Shown: one piece after another, positions 12,941-26,930 of the stretch | Numbering within the stretch: the first letter of the stretch is position 1 | Layout of the letters: every line of letters starts with the position of its first letter | Source: Callorhinchus milii | Lineage: Eukaryota | Assembly (NCBI RefSeq): GCF_018977255.1 | Contig: NW_024704743.1 | Location: 96,412,001 to 96,476,000 of the forward strand | Length of the DNA stretch: 64,000 bases | Direction of reading: 5' to 3' | Notes under the pieces: generated by a model | Database searches by the model: none | What the model was told of the DNA's origin: nothing | The model's input: only the letters and a program-made list of their open reading frames with translations | Made by a program: the position numbers and the translations under genes

Positions 12941-13936
12941 AAAATAAAATTTAAATAAAGCTAAAAATAGTCTTATTTTATTTGCCATTTATCAACTGAA
13001 TATTACTACCCACTGATCATTCAACCCTGCCACTGCCTGTACATGCAACAAGCTTCATTGTGCTGTGGAAGAGCTGAAATAAATTGAGAAAAGAATAGAT
13101 TGGCAAAACATGCCCTTTTAGTGCCATTGTCAATTAGCCAGCGATTGATTTCAAAATTGGTCTTTAATCTGATCAAGGCCCAAGTCCACAATGGTGTTCC
13201 TAGTGCTCTTGCCTTTGGTAGTCTTAAAAGTGCAGATTCAACCAAAAAAAGGTAACTTGGTAGAACAGCGTTCTCTATGATGTGAAATTAAAGGATTTGG
13301 ATCGGCAGTTGTGATGGTCCTGAAAGTGGGTTTTCCTCCTATTTGGACTATGGAGAGCAGGTGGTAAAAGGAGAAATTGAAACTGGAAACCGGTGCCAGG
13401 CATGCCCCAAAGATAAGAAAGTCAAAGCCTAGCAAGTCAACTCTGATATTCTACTATGATTTGCCTCCAAGTGGCCAGTTATAGAACAAATTGATAAAGG
13501 CCAAGGAATAGATTGTTTGACCATTCTTTTGTGGGAGAATAGAAAATTTAGAATGAAATTGAAGAATAAATATGCATCGCAAACAAAAAAGTGTTCCCAG
13601 GGTACAAGATTCAAAGATTCGCTGTGTTTACCAATTATTTCCCAGATCAACTTCAGAAAATCCAGTGCTTTGCAAGGTTATCCTGATGCGAAAGGCGCTA
13701 TATAAATACAATTTTATTGTTGTATTTCCTTGTTCTACCCTTTGAACCCATTCACATTTTAACCATTTATGAGCAATAAAAACAATTTTCTTGGCAGAAA
13801 ACCTTCACAGTGTTCAGTACTTCTAATGTAGCAGTAGAAATGGAGGTTTAGGTAAGATTCACAGTATATCTTTTGCATTATTTTGCTCTGGAATTGAACA
13901 AGCTTAATTTTAAGGGGAAAATAATTCTGTTAATAA

Positions 13937-14140
13937 AACAACAAAGTTACATTTATAAAGTGCCTTTCACATCAGGAGGTTGTCCCAAAGCGCTCAAAAG
14001 TCAGGGATCAGGACCCGAGCTTGGGGGGGCAGAGTTGGGATGAGGGAGGGCAGAGAGGTAGGAAGGCAGCTGAAGGCACGGTCAAAAGGAGGGTCATGAG
14101 TCATGCCTTGAAGGAGGCAAGGGAAGGAGCAAGGTGAAAC
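13937..14140 (-). mobile_element. L2 LINE 3' tail
   Basis: Reverse complement of the same L2 terminus. Confidence 0.65.
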
Positions 14141-14356
14141 GCTTGTAATTTCTTCAACACTAAGAGCAATAGTTCTATTGCTGCCATCATGAGGATGTAT
14201 ATATAGGTTTTATGATCTCTGACTGGCCAAGAGAAACTTTCCAATCTCTTATGAAGTTCAAACTTATCTATTCACAAAGGCCAGGTCACCTACTTTGCAC
14301 TGTGCCTACAACTCCTGTAGTATTCCCTGATAAACTTATCATTAACACCAACGTAC

Positions 14357-14699
14357 CTGACAGTCGGATTTTCATATTCAACAGACCTGCTGTTCTCTCT
14401 CAAGCTGCTGTGGATATTGTGCACAGTATAGACAGACATGCTGGGGTGTTCAATAAGAAGGTTTTCCATTGGGCTCATCTCCACCTGTACTGGGGCCTGG
14501 CCTCCTGCGGTGAAACAGGGGGGAGGGGTAATGAACCAGCTCTCCTCCAGAGCACAGGAGTCAAGCTGAAGAAAGCAGGGGTCACTACTATTACCAAGCA
14601 ACTCAAGAGAAGAGGTTGAAGAGGAGAACATGGCTGAATTTGGAGAGGTTGCCCTGTCCATGCCATCTGTTTCTTCTCTGGAGCAGTTAGTGCAAGTAT
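14357..14699 (-). CDS. TP53INP1: TP53INP1 exon 3 (DOR/TP53INP conserved domain)
   Basis: Encodes (D)TCTNCSREE...CFLQLDSCALEESWFITPPPCFTAGG...SPMENLLIEHPSMSVY...NPTV, the family hallmark. Acceptor ttatcag at 14700, donor CAG|gtacgt at 14356; 343 bp, phase 1 to 2. Confidence 0.95.
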
Positions 14700-15064
14700 C
14701 TGATAAGCAGCAAGCAATAGTTAAATTGTATAAGCATCAAAAGCAAATGCAAGGATTAGCAAATAAGGAGATGGGAAACAAAAATGGGATGCGTTAGAAG
14801 TAAAGAATTAAGAAAGATATTAAAGCATGAAGTGGGTATTGGGGAAAAAAATGAGAAAACAAGACACATTTCATTAGTTTCATACATATTTATGTATATA
14901 TCTGCAGTGTATTTGTACTAACAATACTAGTTCACAACTGTCAACAAAGACACATTGAAATAGATTAAGCACCTTTCCAATCTCCCAAAGTCTTTCAAAC
15001 TCTATATAATATCTGCAGAGTAAATTTTCATAAGATTACAATTTGTTCCTCAAGGTACATTGGA

Positions 15065-15692
15065 CCTCTAGGTGTATCAAAAGATCAATAGCAAGCCAAA
15101 ATAGTGGAGTAATCCTGCCACTGTATCAATCATTGGTGAGACCTTACTTAGAGTACTGTGTACAGTTCTGGTCACCACAGTACAAAAAGGATATTGGAGA
15201 AATTGAGAAGATACAGAGGAGGGCAACCAGAATGATTGAGGGATATGGAGGCCCTGGACTATGAGGAGCGATTAAGTAAATTGGGTATGTTCATGCTAGA
15301 AAAGAGAAGATTGAGAGGTGACATAATTGCTGTCTTTAAGATTCTAAAGGGGCAAAACAATATAGATCATGACAGGCTGTTTCAACTTGTCCAAAATAAT
15401 GGAACCAGAGGACTCGACCTGCGATGGAAGGGGGGTAAATTCAGAACGAATCTACGCAAACACTATTTCAGTGAGCAAATAGTGAACTTGTGGAACAGGC
15501 TCCCTAGGGAGACGATTGAAGCAGAAAGTGTTGATCCTTTCAAACACAGATTAGATAGTTATCTTTTAGTGAATAACATTATGGGATATAGTACAGAGGT
15601 AGTTTGGGATATATGTGCATGCGACCGCCAGGAAGGCGAACTAGATGGACCTTGGTCTTTTTGCGTCCAGCATTTCTTACGTTCTTATATGT
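15065..15692 (+). mobile_element. CR1 LINE 3' fragment
   Basis: LYQSLVRPYLEYCVQFWSP and LEKRRLRGDIIAVFKIL...VNLWNRLP are CR1 ORF2 C-terminal motifs; frameshifted; ttcttac/ttcttat tail. Confidence 0.9.
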
Positions 15693-16960
15693 AGGTGTGA
15701 ACAGAATTAATTAAAATGTTAAAATCAGCTTTTAAGTATGGAACAATTCCTAGATTATAAACACTTTTCAGTAGTACTTAAGAATTAATGTTTGGTTTTT
15801 TTGATCATTCTAATAACTTGGCTCTTGTGAACATTTATATCTGGGGGAAGAGACTCTTAAGTTTAGGAGTTGAAATTGTTTCGGTGCAAAACAGCATAAA
15901 GATAGAGCAAGGAACCACAAGGTGACTGATTAATTAAGGTGGACTAAGAAATAGCATTTAACTGCACTTGTGTGATCAAAATGAGTGGACAAACACATTA
16001 TGTTTAACAACTAAACAATTCGCCTCAGTAGCTCTGAGCAATAATAATCTTTGTACTTCACATCAAGAGGATGTCTTAACTCACTTCGCAAGATTTACTG
16101 TAAAGTGTAGTGGTTGTGTATTTTATAGACAAAGGCATAGATGTTCAATATAGCCATCTGTCCAAGGTAGCGTGTGGGAGTGGCAGAGAAAATGACATAT
16201 GTAGACCAATTGTCAACTAACCATGCGGCCACATAAGATAATTATCACTAGCGTCAATTAATGTATCTGATTCCAAATGTCACCCCTATGTGTAATTTGC
16301 GAATACACATCAAATCATATTCTCTTTCTATTGTACATGTATTGGCTTGATTTTCAGGTGCCTCACTTAAGCAAAAATCTGCCTGGATAGTGAGCGAGTG
16401 TTGTAAGATTATTCTGCTGCTGAGGGTAATATAGTTGAGCCTTCTGTCTACATAAACACTTTCATGCAAGGGTTATTGAACAACAAATATAGGAGATAAC
16501 CGTTAATTTCATCCTCCAGAACAGGAACAAAGATCATTACTATAATGCCTAGACAGCTGCCAATTTGAGATCACCTAAAGGTATTTGGAGTTCAAAACTC
16601 AGGACTTTCTTGTCTGCATTTTTCAGTTCCTAACCAAATATACCTTCTAAGCTATTGGAGAATCATGCAGTTTAACTGATACATTGTTGACACAGGACAT
16701 TAGTAATAACCTGATCATGAAGTTTGTATTATTATGGAACATTCATGATCATTAAACACTAAGCTGTGGCATCTGTCTGTACTGCAGACCATATCATTTG
16801 TATTCAAATATTCAATATGATAGAAAAAAAGTCCTATCCATATTGTTTGCTTTGGTTTAAATCTATAAAGTGGCTGCAATAATACAAAGTTATCATCAAT
16901 ACAACATCATCACATAGTTTATAAGGATTTTGTTACATCATCTTGGTCAAAACCACTCAC

Positions 16961-17078
16961 CTATATAATCAACAAGAATCCATTCTTCATCTTCTTTTTC
17001 GCTAATTTCTAGCTCCTGACTTTCACGTTCAGCACCATCAATCTCTCCAAACAGCATGCTTGAAAAGCGTTGGTACAT
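16961..17078 (-). CDS. TP53INP1: TP53INP1 first coding exon (coding part of exon 2; whole exon about 16961-17240)
   Basis: ATG at 17078 reads MYQRFSSMLFGEIDGAERESQELEISEKEDEEWILVDYI, close to the human TP53INP1 N-terminus and its LIR motif (EKEDDEWILVDFI). Donor TAG|gtgagt at 16960, phase 1; acceptor tttgctttctgcacag at 17241. Confidence 0.93.
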
Positions 17079-17920
17079 AACTTGGGGAAAGTCAGGTGCC
17101 TCTGTTCAGATGTGCCTGACAGAACTGGCAAGAAATCACTTTAGTGGCACAAGGAGGTAGATCAGTGGTTGCTCAAATTCACAAAGTTCCAAAATTCCAC
17201 ACGTTGCAAAAACAGGCTCACTGACGAATTTTCAAAGTATCTGTGCAGAAAGCAAAACACAAGAATATGAAATTAATCAGAGAAAATGTAAACTCAATTT
17301 AATAGGACATCTCCCCTCATGTAAATCTAAAAAGCTTAGTTTGCGACAATACTTAATGGGATAGGTCTTAAAAGTCTTAATCTTAAACCCATCTTTTCAA
17401 CTGTACTTTCAGCCAACCTCCCCACCCATTTAGCTTCTCCCCCCCCCCCACACAAACAGCCTCGTACAGGATGATTATACTAAGCGCATGAACGTGATGG
17501 CAACTCTGTGTTCTATTCATGGAGAAAGATTTGCAATAAAATGATTGGATCTAACAGTAAGTTTAATCTGTTCACTGTGAGAAGTTAAAGACAAGTAATC
17601 AGCTTGTTTTATTGCAAACTCTTCCTCGACGTCCTTCCAATATGAAAGGCGCTAAACAAATGCAATTTGTTGTTGTTGTAGGAATATTAATTGTATCTAG
17701 CAAGCTAATCCAAACAGTAAATGTAGTGATTAAGCCTCCCCCCACCTCCACTTCATAAACAAGAGCCTTTGAGTCAGCCTCAATTCATAGAACTGCAACC
17801 TCTGAACTTAGTTCAATATTCTCCAGCCACCAATGGGTGAATTTGCATTTGATATAGCGCCTTATGTCTTCGAAACATTTCAAAGCGCTTCACGCAATAT
17901 ACTGTAAAGTGAATTGACTG

Positions 17921-18529
17921 TGTACCGCCAATACCTCACTCCAAAAGCCGCTGAAACCCTGGTCCATGCCTTTGTCACCTCTGGGCTGGACTATTCAAAT
18001 ACCCTCCTCGCCGGTCTCCCCTCCACTACCATCCATAAAAACCAGGTCATACAAAACTCTGCCGCCCGCACTCTTACCCGCACCAAACTCGGCTCCGCGA
18101 TAACCCCAGTCCTTGCCAGACTGCAATGGCTGCCTGTCCCAGAGAGGATCAACTTCAAGATCCTCACCCTTGTCTTCAAATCCCTCCACTCCTCTGCACC
18201 CCCCTACCTCTCTGACCTCCTCTCAACAGTGCCCGTTGCCTTCGTTCCACCGGGTCTGGCCTCCTCCTTGTCCCCCAAGTCCTTCGCTCCACCCTCGGCA
18301 GCCGTGCCTTCAGCCACTATGCCCCAAGGCTCTGGAACTCCCTTCCTCACTCCCTTCGCCTCGCTCCCTCTCTTCCTATTTTCAGGTCTCGGCTGAAGAC
18401 CTTTCTTTTCGACTGCGCCTTTGGTCACCTTCCTCCCCTTCCCCCTGGCTCGGCCCTGGGATCCGTTACTGTGAAGCGCTCTGAGACCCCGTCCGGTGTG
18501 GAGGGCGCTATATAAATCCAAGTTGTTGT
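17921..18529 (+). mobile_element. L2 LINE 3' fragment inserted into a SINE remnant
   Basis: ORF2 end (LVHAFVTSGLDYSN...FKILTLVFKSLH), (GTT)n tail, 18-bp direct repeats on both sides. Confidence 0.9.
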
Positions 18530-20984
18530 TGTAAAGTGAATTGACTGCATATTTTGTGGGCAAAACGATGCAATACACCTATGCTGCATTGGATACTATA
18601 TTGCCTGCAAAGGAAAACAGGTTTCAGGTTTTTAATTTGCTCAAATTACGATGGGAAAAACAAAACTGTGGCACTTAAGAGCAGTGGCACAATAACATTA
18701 TTATGACATGATGTCATATTCCTCTGAGGACAACATAGTAATGCGTCTTGTAGGATACTTTACCACTGCGTCTCTATAAAAGAATAGATTAGTGAAAATA
18801 GATGCTCCTTGTTGAAATAAAGGCATAAGAGCTCAAAGAAACCTCAGAAAACTAAATAGCTGCTCATCCATGCTTCTATTTGAAGTCATGAAAATTAGTG
18901 AAAGGACTAACAAACAGATCCATATTAGACCAATATGTACAGTGTAACTCAACATCTCATATGTCATTTCAAATGACAGGACTGTAGTTAAAAATTGGTT
19001 AAAACATTTAGAAAATTTACATAGTTAGGGATCGTATCATTAAAAATAACATTTAAAAGGTAAGGAATGGGAATTCATTTCCTCCTCTTGATTGCACTTA
19101 ACTGTTAATTTGGATTATTTGTTTTCCACCACTCCCTGATGTCTATTTCTAAACAAACGTTGATATACAATACAATTTCCCTAGATCCTAGGCAAACCTC
19201 AAGGGCATAGCGTATTGGTTAGTCCCATACAGAATAGTCCATTCTTCTTCATGTTTCCTCCTGCCTTTACATCCCTTTGAAAGCTACCTTGATCAGTGCC
19301 AAGGAAACTAATCCAAAAATAGATATCAGGAAACATTTAACTCAAATAATTACACTGTAAATGCTTGGTATAACATCAAGGATCTCAGACACAAACAATT
19401 TGGGATTATTCAAAATACATTGAGATGCCATGAATGGGATCACGATTGGAACAAGGAGACCAGATGAACTTTTCTCATCTCGCTAACTCTTATGATGAGT
19501 CTGAAGAAACATTGAACATTTTTCACCTTAAAAGAGGAGTAGTTGGGATGGAGGAAACTGGGACTAAAACTATTTTAAAGACTAAAACAATTTACATCAC
19601 CTATTATTAAGTCACTGAAAAAATTGTGAAATCCTCACCAGGGGAAGGAAGCATTTTAATATGCTTACTTCCCCTGATGAGGGGAAATAGACAATGCATC
19701 TGACAATCTGACTTGCTAACAAAGTTTAAATTACCATTAATAAAGAGCCGACCATAAGAATATGGACAAATTATATGTACTGTATTTGTTTTCTAATATT
19801 TGGTTTAACTTTTAGCTGCAAAACTGACCAGAGTCTTTCGTCCACTTTCCAAACGGCATGGTTCACCTTTAAACATGGTGAATTCAGAGAAAAAAATAAA
19901 ACCCGCCATTCTCATCTGGGTTTAACAAACTAGTACATGCTGGTTACCACAGCAGAATTTGTGTTAGGATGTGTTGTATTCTCTCACTTAATGATTGCTG
20001 TAATGTTTATCTTCTGTCTGGCTTCTACATGGTCATGGATTTGTTAAAATAAAACAGAATTTTTTTAAAAAGATGCACACGCTAACAATGGAATCTGGGA
20101 TTTCAGCTTATTGCATCATTCTGGTCTGTATTCAAAACTCTATAGGACATTTACCCAATAAACCCATCATGCAATCTCGAAGACATGATAAGGTGCTATA
20201 TCAAATGCAAGTATTACTATTATTATTACTACATTTGGAAGTCACTTCAAATCACGTCCAGCATTATAAATGAGCCATCAAGAGTACTGATCAATTTATA
20301 AGACTCAATGATGTTACGCTGCCTGAACATACAACAGAAAATGGCTTCTTGTCTGCCCGCTAAACGGATCCCCTAAACATTGTAACATTTCAGAGCATAC
20401 AGTTCAACAGGCAGCAACTATCTAATAATAATAATGTACCAAGGCATCACTGTAGGGACAACCAAAGCTAATTGTGGAACACGTACTGCTGCCTTTCAGA
20501 GAAGAACTAACTTAGGACAGATGAGAGAACAAATCTGGGGATCTTCCCTTCTTGTATTACTCCATGCCATTCAGCTCCTGATTCAGAACCCAGCAGAAAG
20601 CTAATTCAACCACTTAAGCGGCAATTTAAATAAAAAGTTCTATAGTTTTCAGCTCATCACAATGAAGAATGCTGGGGAAGGGAACTCATTCTTTTCTCCT
20701 CCACTCCCCCCCTCCACCCCAATCAGGGCATCCAGCACTTCCAAGTCAGATAAAGCTTGAACAGATGCAACCCCCAGTCTACAGAAATGTTGTACTTTAA
20801 CCTCAAAATCTTCTCTCACCTCCTTCAAGGTCCACTACAAGACCTTCCTCTTTGACTGTGCTTTTTCCATCTTTCCGCCCTCGTCCCCCTCACCTTGCTG
20901 GCACCCAACCCCAGCTAACATGCAAACACTGAACTGCACAGCACCTTGAGATATGCTCCTGATGTGAAAAGCGCTATATGAAAA

Positions 20985-22586
20985 GCACGATCTCCCCTCC
21001 TCACTCTCTTTTTCTCCTCAACTCCCTCTCCTTCATTCTGGACTCCCTTGCCCCCCTCACCTCCCGAACTGCCTCATGCTCCCATAAATCACCCTGGTAC
21101 ACCAGCCATCTCCGTTCCCTCAAGGAACAAGTGCGAGCTGCCAAACGCGCCTGGACCAATTCCAAACTAACGGTCCATCAGCGGACCTGGCTTCACCACA
21201 CCAAGATCTACCGCTGCACTCTTGCCTCCGCCAAATCCTCCTTCTACTCCAAGGTTATCTTGGAAGCAAAGGACAACTTCTCTTTTCCACCACAAACCGT
21301 GTCCTCCGTCCACCTTGCCATGCCTCGCCCATCCTCTCCTCAAACTCCCAACTGTGAGGAGATGCTGGATTTCCTTGAAACCAAAATCGAGGGGATATAT
21401 TCAGCCACCTCTGCCCCATCCACAGCCACCCCCCACATTACCTCTCCTGTCCGACATCATCAACCCCTCGCCTTGTCAACCGGTTCAGTTCCAACCCCCC
21501 TAAAAACAGCTGTCATCATCCCCATCTTGAAAAAACCTTCCCAGGACCCATCCCTACTCTTCAGCTACCGCCCCATCTCTAACCTCCCATTCCTCTCCAA
21601 GGTCCTGGAACGAGAAGTCGCGTCCCAGCTCAGCTCCTTTCTCTATCGCCATTCCCTCTTTGAACCCCTCCAATCCGGCTTCTGCGCTGCCCTCAGCACA
21701 GAAACAGCCCTGGGCAAAGTCACTAATGACATTCTGAACATCTCTGCCTCCTTCTCCTCCTCGACCTCTCTGCCGCCTTCAACATTGTCGACCACTCCAT
21801 CCTCATACACCGCCTCTCCTCCTTACTTAATCTTCGCGGACCTGCCCTTGCCTGGTTCGATTCCTATTTCTCTCACCGTCTCCACTAACGGCTTCTCCTC
21901 CATCCCCCGCACTGTCACGTCTGGCGTCCCCCAGGGCTCTGTCCTTGGCCCTCTCCTCTTTAATATCCACATGCTCCCCCGCGGTGACGTCATCCGCAGA
22001 CATGGGGTCAACTTCCACACGTATGCGGATGACACCCAACTCTATCTTTCTGCTCCACTCTCAACTCCAGGACCACTGCTGTCCTGACAGACTGTCTGTC
22101 GGACATCAAGTCCTGGATGAGGGCAAATTCCTACAGTTGAATGTGAACAAGACTGAGGCCCTCCTGATTGGTTCGCGCCAGCGCCTCAGCACCTCAGGCT
22201 CTGGCAACATCAACCTCCATGGTTGCACACTTCAACTCACCAAGTCAGTCAGGAACCTAGGTGTCTTGTTCGACCCTCAACTGTCTGTTCTTCCCCACAT
22301 CGAAGCCATGACCCGCTCTGCCTTCCCTCACCTTCGTAACATCGCCCAACTCCGCCACTACCTCACCCTGGTTCTCACATACAAAGCTCTCAATGTTCTC
22401 GCCGCACCCTAACTCTGTGACCTCCTAACTCCCTACCAACCCTCCGCTCAGCCGAGCGTCATCCCCCTTCCCCTCCCCTCTCCCCCGTGACCCCAACTCG
22501 GGTCTGAAATGCTGTACACTATCCAGGGCCTTGGGACGTCCTCCCGACGTGAAAGGCGCTATACAGATGTAATCTTGCTGTTGTTG
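20985..22586 (+). mobile_element. L2 LINE ORF2/RT fragment with internal deletions
   Basis: [37 protein letters not shown]2 tail at 22540-22586. Confidence 0.9.
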
Positions 22587-23747
22587 AATACAAAGGTGAA
22601 TTTGTATTACACTGTTGTATTGTAAAAGCAATCCTAAACATTTAGTGTCAGTAGACGATAACAACTGGTATTGATATAGTGCCCTTCACGCCAGACAGCA
22701 TCTCGTGGAATGTAGACAAGGGCAGTCTGCTCACCATTTGCAGAACCTAATTCTCCCAGCCAGTTCTTTGTGAGGTAAAGCAAAACTTGACGTTCAGTTG
22801 TCTAGATTCCAAAAGGATTGAGACAGTCAACAATATTTAAATGCATCTGCATAAGCCCTGACTGCCCATTCAGGTTAGCATTAAAAATCCCATGGCACTA
22901 TTTGAAAAAAGGGAGTTTCACCCAATGACCTGGCCAACATTCAACCAAATAAAATTTGTCATTCACTTCATGGCTGTTTGTGGGACATTGCAGTGTATAA
23001 ATTGGCTGCCGCGTTCGCCCACAAAATACATAAGTCACTCCACTTTACAGTATTTCCTGTGAAGGGCTTTGGGGTATTCTCGTGATGTGAAAGGCACTAT
23101 ACCGAATGTAAATATTAATTAATTCTTGTTATCATTCTTCAGCAGAACATTCATAAAGAACTGACTGCAAAAATCAGAAAGTATGTACAGGTATTTGCAT
23201 TTACAAAAGTAACAAGATATTTAAATGATTAATTATGTTGTTTCTTATGCATCCAATATCTGACCTTTGTACAAAGAAACAGAACAAATCATCTCTGGTT
23301 TACATTTCCCCACATAGCAAGTACCCAAGCTTGGCTACTAATAGGAGTTACTAAGTAGTTGCTAGATAGCTCCCTATAGGGAGAGGGATAAAATTGAAGG
23401 TCAGGTCATCTCTGGCTGCTCTCAAGCATCTCTTGAGAGCTAAATACAGATATAGGTCTAAAAGCACATCAGCTATGTGACAATATGTGTGCGTGGTGAA
23501 GGGGGAAGAGGTCTACTAACTTTAACAAAATGAACTCAGATGATGAAATATATACCAAAAATATAATTAATAATTATAATCGTTGCATTTGATATAGTAT
23601 CTTATCACATCTTTGAGACATCTCAAAGCACTTCACAGAATATACTATAAAGTGTGAGCAAAACACCAAGAAATGTCTTCCATTTAAATATACTCAGTTT
23701 TCAGGGTTATTGTCTCATATTATTCACCACTGTATTTAATCTGCTTT

Positions 23748-24025
23748 AATAATAATACTTGCATTTGATATAGCGCTTTTCATGTCTTCCAGACAGAATA
23801 TACCGTAGAGTGAATTGACTGGATATGTGTGGGTGAAACGTGGCAGCCAATTGAGCACAGCAGTGTCCCACAAAAGGCACGGATTGAGTGACCAAATTAT
23901 TACTTTTTTTTCTTGGGGGATTATTATCAGGCCTGTAGAGTAAGGAAACTTGCCCAAGGTTTCGCCTGCTGGGAATCAAACCCAGGTCTCTTACTTGTGA
24001 GGCAAGTGCTCTAACCACTGAGCTT
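23748..24025 (-). mobile_element. tRNA-headed SINE
   Basis: Same family motifs; extreme 5' end of the head lost. Confidence 0.85.
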
Positions 24026-25130
24026 TAAGTTAGTTAATCCATCTTGTCTTAATATGTAGGCACATGGCCAGATCTCACTCAGATCATTTTTCAGTATCTC
24101 TTTTCTGCTCGTGTCCCCATATGTCCTGGATTCAAAAACAATGTCTTTTATTTTTGCAGCAGAGTCCACATTCACCATACTTGGCACCAGACTTTCAAAG
24201 GTTACATGAATTATAACTGCAACTACAAACCCAAATTTAGATAAATTTCTATGTTAATCAATTAATATTTTTCTATAATTTAGCATTAGAAAATAATGCA
24301 TCCTTCAACCACAGCTTCGCAATCAGTGAAATACTAATTCATACCACTAACCATTGGCAATTTTATTTATAATGCAAAAAATATACCAGATGTCGATCAG
24401 ATTACTGGAATTAATCCAACTTTGGGTTGATCGGACAAACACACGTCTCAGGCTTTTACTGAATCCCCTTTGACTGGATTACACTGTCAGTCATCCAATA
24501 TCTCCTATATGATTAAGACTAGGTATCTATTATTTTGCAGTACAGGTCCCTCCCTGTGTGGATGGATAGCATTCAGCCCCTCCCATGTTGGCAGAACACC
24601 ACTTGGCCCGGTCCCAAACCCCATGGACTGAACTCATGCCAGATCAGATGGTGACAGATGTGAAACCCACCCTATCAGGGGCTCAGTGGAAGGTGGGACT
24701 GAGGGAGGAGCCGCCCTGAGCTGGGCTGCGGTCACTCTGCTCCCTCCAGCAAGTAGTCTGGGGGTGTGCAATTGGCTTTTTTGAGGGGGGGGGGGGGAGT
24801 GTAAGAGGGGATATGGATAAATACAAAATCTGTCAGTACGGCGCAGATTTACAGAGCAGCGTTAATGCCTGACCTAATTCTTTGTTCGTCCAGAAGACTT
24901 GCCTTAGTGCAACAGTTAAATTAGAAACATATTCATTAGAGACGTGTGAATGTAGGTGGGTGTCCTTCACTGAGAAATACAGCAATAACTTTGGCCAAGG
25001 GGTGAGGATACACATACGCACACAAGTGGTTTAGACATGATCCTAACAGTAAGATAGTGGGGGGGGACTATCATCATGTTGAGCTCTTTGCAATGGTAGA
25101 TTTTGAAAGGCTTCTAACATCAGAGCCAGA

Positions 25131-25161
<31 letters not shown>

Positions 25162-25514
25162 TGGGGGGGAGATCGAAGAGTAAAGATAGATTTCATACAG
25201 GAAAACAAACATCCGCAGCAGCCCCTGGCGAGCAACAACAGGACAATAACAAACATGTCTCTAAACCTGGTCTTGTTTGACAAACCGCAGAGGCGACTGA
25301 GTGAGTTACGCCTTTTTATAAAAGAAGCAAAACGTAAGCAGTTTAAAGCGCTCCACAGCTGGAGGGGGGGGCGGGGGGGGGGCAGGGGGGGGGGGTCCAG
25401 TAAACCGACACCACCTCCGATACACGGGAAGGTCCGACACAGAAAGCTCTCTCCCCACTTGCTCTTTACTTACTGTGTCAACCTCGCCAACTGAGCATCG
25501 CTTTCCCCCCGCGA

Positions 25515-26085
25515 CCACCCCCCCCCCCTCCAACAACCTCCCCCCCCCTCCAACAACCTCCCCCCCTCCAACAACCTCCCCCCTCCAACAACCCCCCCCC
25601 CTCCAACAACCTCCCCCCCATCCAACAACCTCCCCCCTCCAACAACCTCCCCCCCCTCCAACAACCTCCCCCCCTCCAACAACCTCCCCCCCCCTCCAAC
25701 AACCTCCCCCCCTCCAACAACCTCCCCCCCTCCAACCCCCCCCCCTCCAACAACCTCCCCCCCCCTCCAACAACCTCCCCCCCCTCCAACAACCTCCCCC
25801 CCCTCCAACAACCTCCCCCCTCCAACACCCCCCCCTCCAACAACCTCCCCCCCCTCCAACAACCTCCCCCCATCCAACAACCTCCCCCCCCCTCCAACAA
25901 CCTCCCCCCATCCAACAACCTCCCCCCCTCCAACAACCTCCCCCCCCCTCCCAACAACCTCCCCCCATCCAACAACCTCCCCCCCCTCCAACAACCTCCC
26001 CCCCCTCCAACAACCTCCCCCCCATCTAACAACCTCCCCCCCTCCAACAACCTCCCCCCATCAACAACCTCCCCCCAAACTCCAC
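25515..26085. repeat. C-rich minisatellite, unit (TCCAACAACCT-Cn)
   Basis: About 30 tandem units of tccaacaacct followed by C runs of variable length. Confidence 0.95.
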
Positions 26086-26394
26086 TCCAACAAAGTTCGC
26101 CCTCCGCATTCACTGCATCTAAACATAATGGAAGGGCTTTATCTGAACATGACTTTTTTTCTTGGGGGAGGGATCAGCAAAACAGAAGAAAAACTTGTCA
26201 TTACGTGTTTGCAACAGCCCCCCCCCCCCTCACCACACCCCCCCTCACCATCCCCCCGCCCCCCCCACACCCCAACCAACCCTCCGCTTTGTTTTCTCTG
26301 GTGTCGCATGTTGCTCCCCGACTGACGGAAGAGCCGAGTTCACGACAAAACAAAACAAAAGCAACCAACCCTCCCCCCTCCCTCCCTCCCCCCT

Positions 26395-26860
26395 CACACA
26401 CACACACACACACACATAATAAAAAAGAGGAAAAGTTACCCATGTCACTTACCTGCCTTCAAGTTACTATTGCACTTTTTTCCCCTCCCCTTCTCCACCT
26501 TTTCTTCTTCTTCTTTTTCTTCTTCTTCTTCTTCTTCCCCTCACGGTTTCTTTTCTTTTCTCTGCGGGGTGGGGAGTGGTGGTGGTGGGGAGGGAGGGAG
26601 GGAGGAGTGGGGGTGGGTGGGTGGAAAGTTAAGTTAGAAACTAAACGCACACCCGCACAATGTCGTGAGGTGTGATTGCGTGTGGCAGAGAGTGGGACAG
26701 AGAGTGGGGGGAGAGAGAGAGAGTGAGGGGCTGTGAGGTAGCGGGCGGCAGGTGAGCGGGGAGGGAGTCTTTGTTGCAGACTGACTGACTGAGTGAGTGA
26801 GTGAGAGAGTGACTGGGACTGACTGACTCAGTGAGTGAGAGTGAGTGAGAGAGAGAGAGA
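26395..26860. repeat. Microsatellite cluster: (CA)n, (TTC)n, (GA)n, (GAGT/GACT)n
   Basis: Visible at 26395-26415, 26501-26537, 26711-26723 and 26778-26860. Confidence 0.85.
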
Positions 26861-26930
26861 GCCGCCGCCGCGCCGCGCGCTCCCCCCGCGAGTGTTATTG
26901 TTGTGGAACCTCGAACAGCTGATCGGCCCC
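26453..26930 (-). other. TP53INP1: Probable non-coding exon 1 of TP53INP1 (5' boundary approximate)
   Basis: Consensus donor CAG|GTAAGT at 26452, just downstream of the strongest CpG-rich segment in the window and upstream of exon 2. TSS cannot be fixed from sequence. Confidence 0.65.

Noticed and set aside
6414..17078. Assignment as TP53INP2 (DOR)
   Set aside because: EKEDEEWILVDYIDTC, CFLQLDSC and CYAAALAAHTSFLEQ follow TP53INP1 rather than TP53INP2.
20978..22087. 369-aa ORF with reverse transcriptase motifs as a domesticated gene
   Set aside because: It has internal deletions and an out-of-frame stretch, with the remainder in another frame; a decayed L2.
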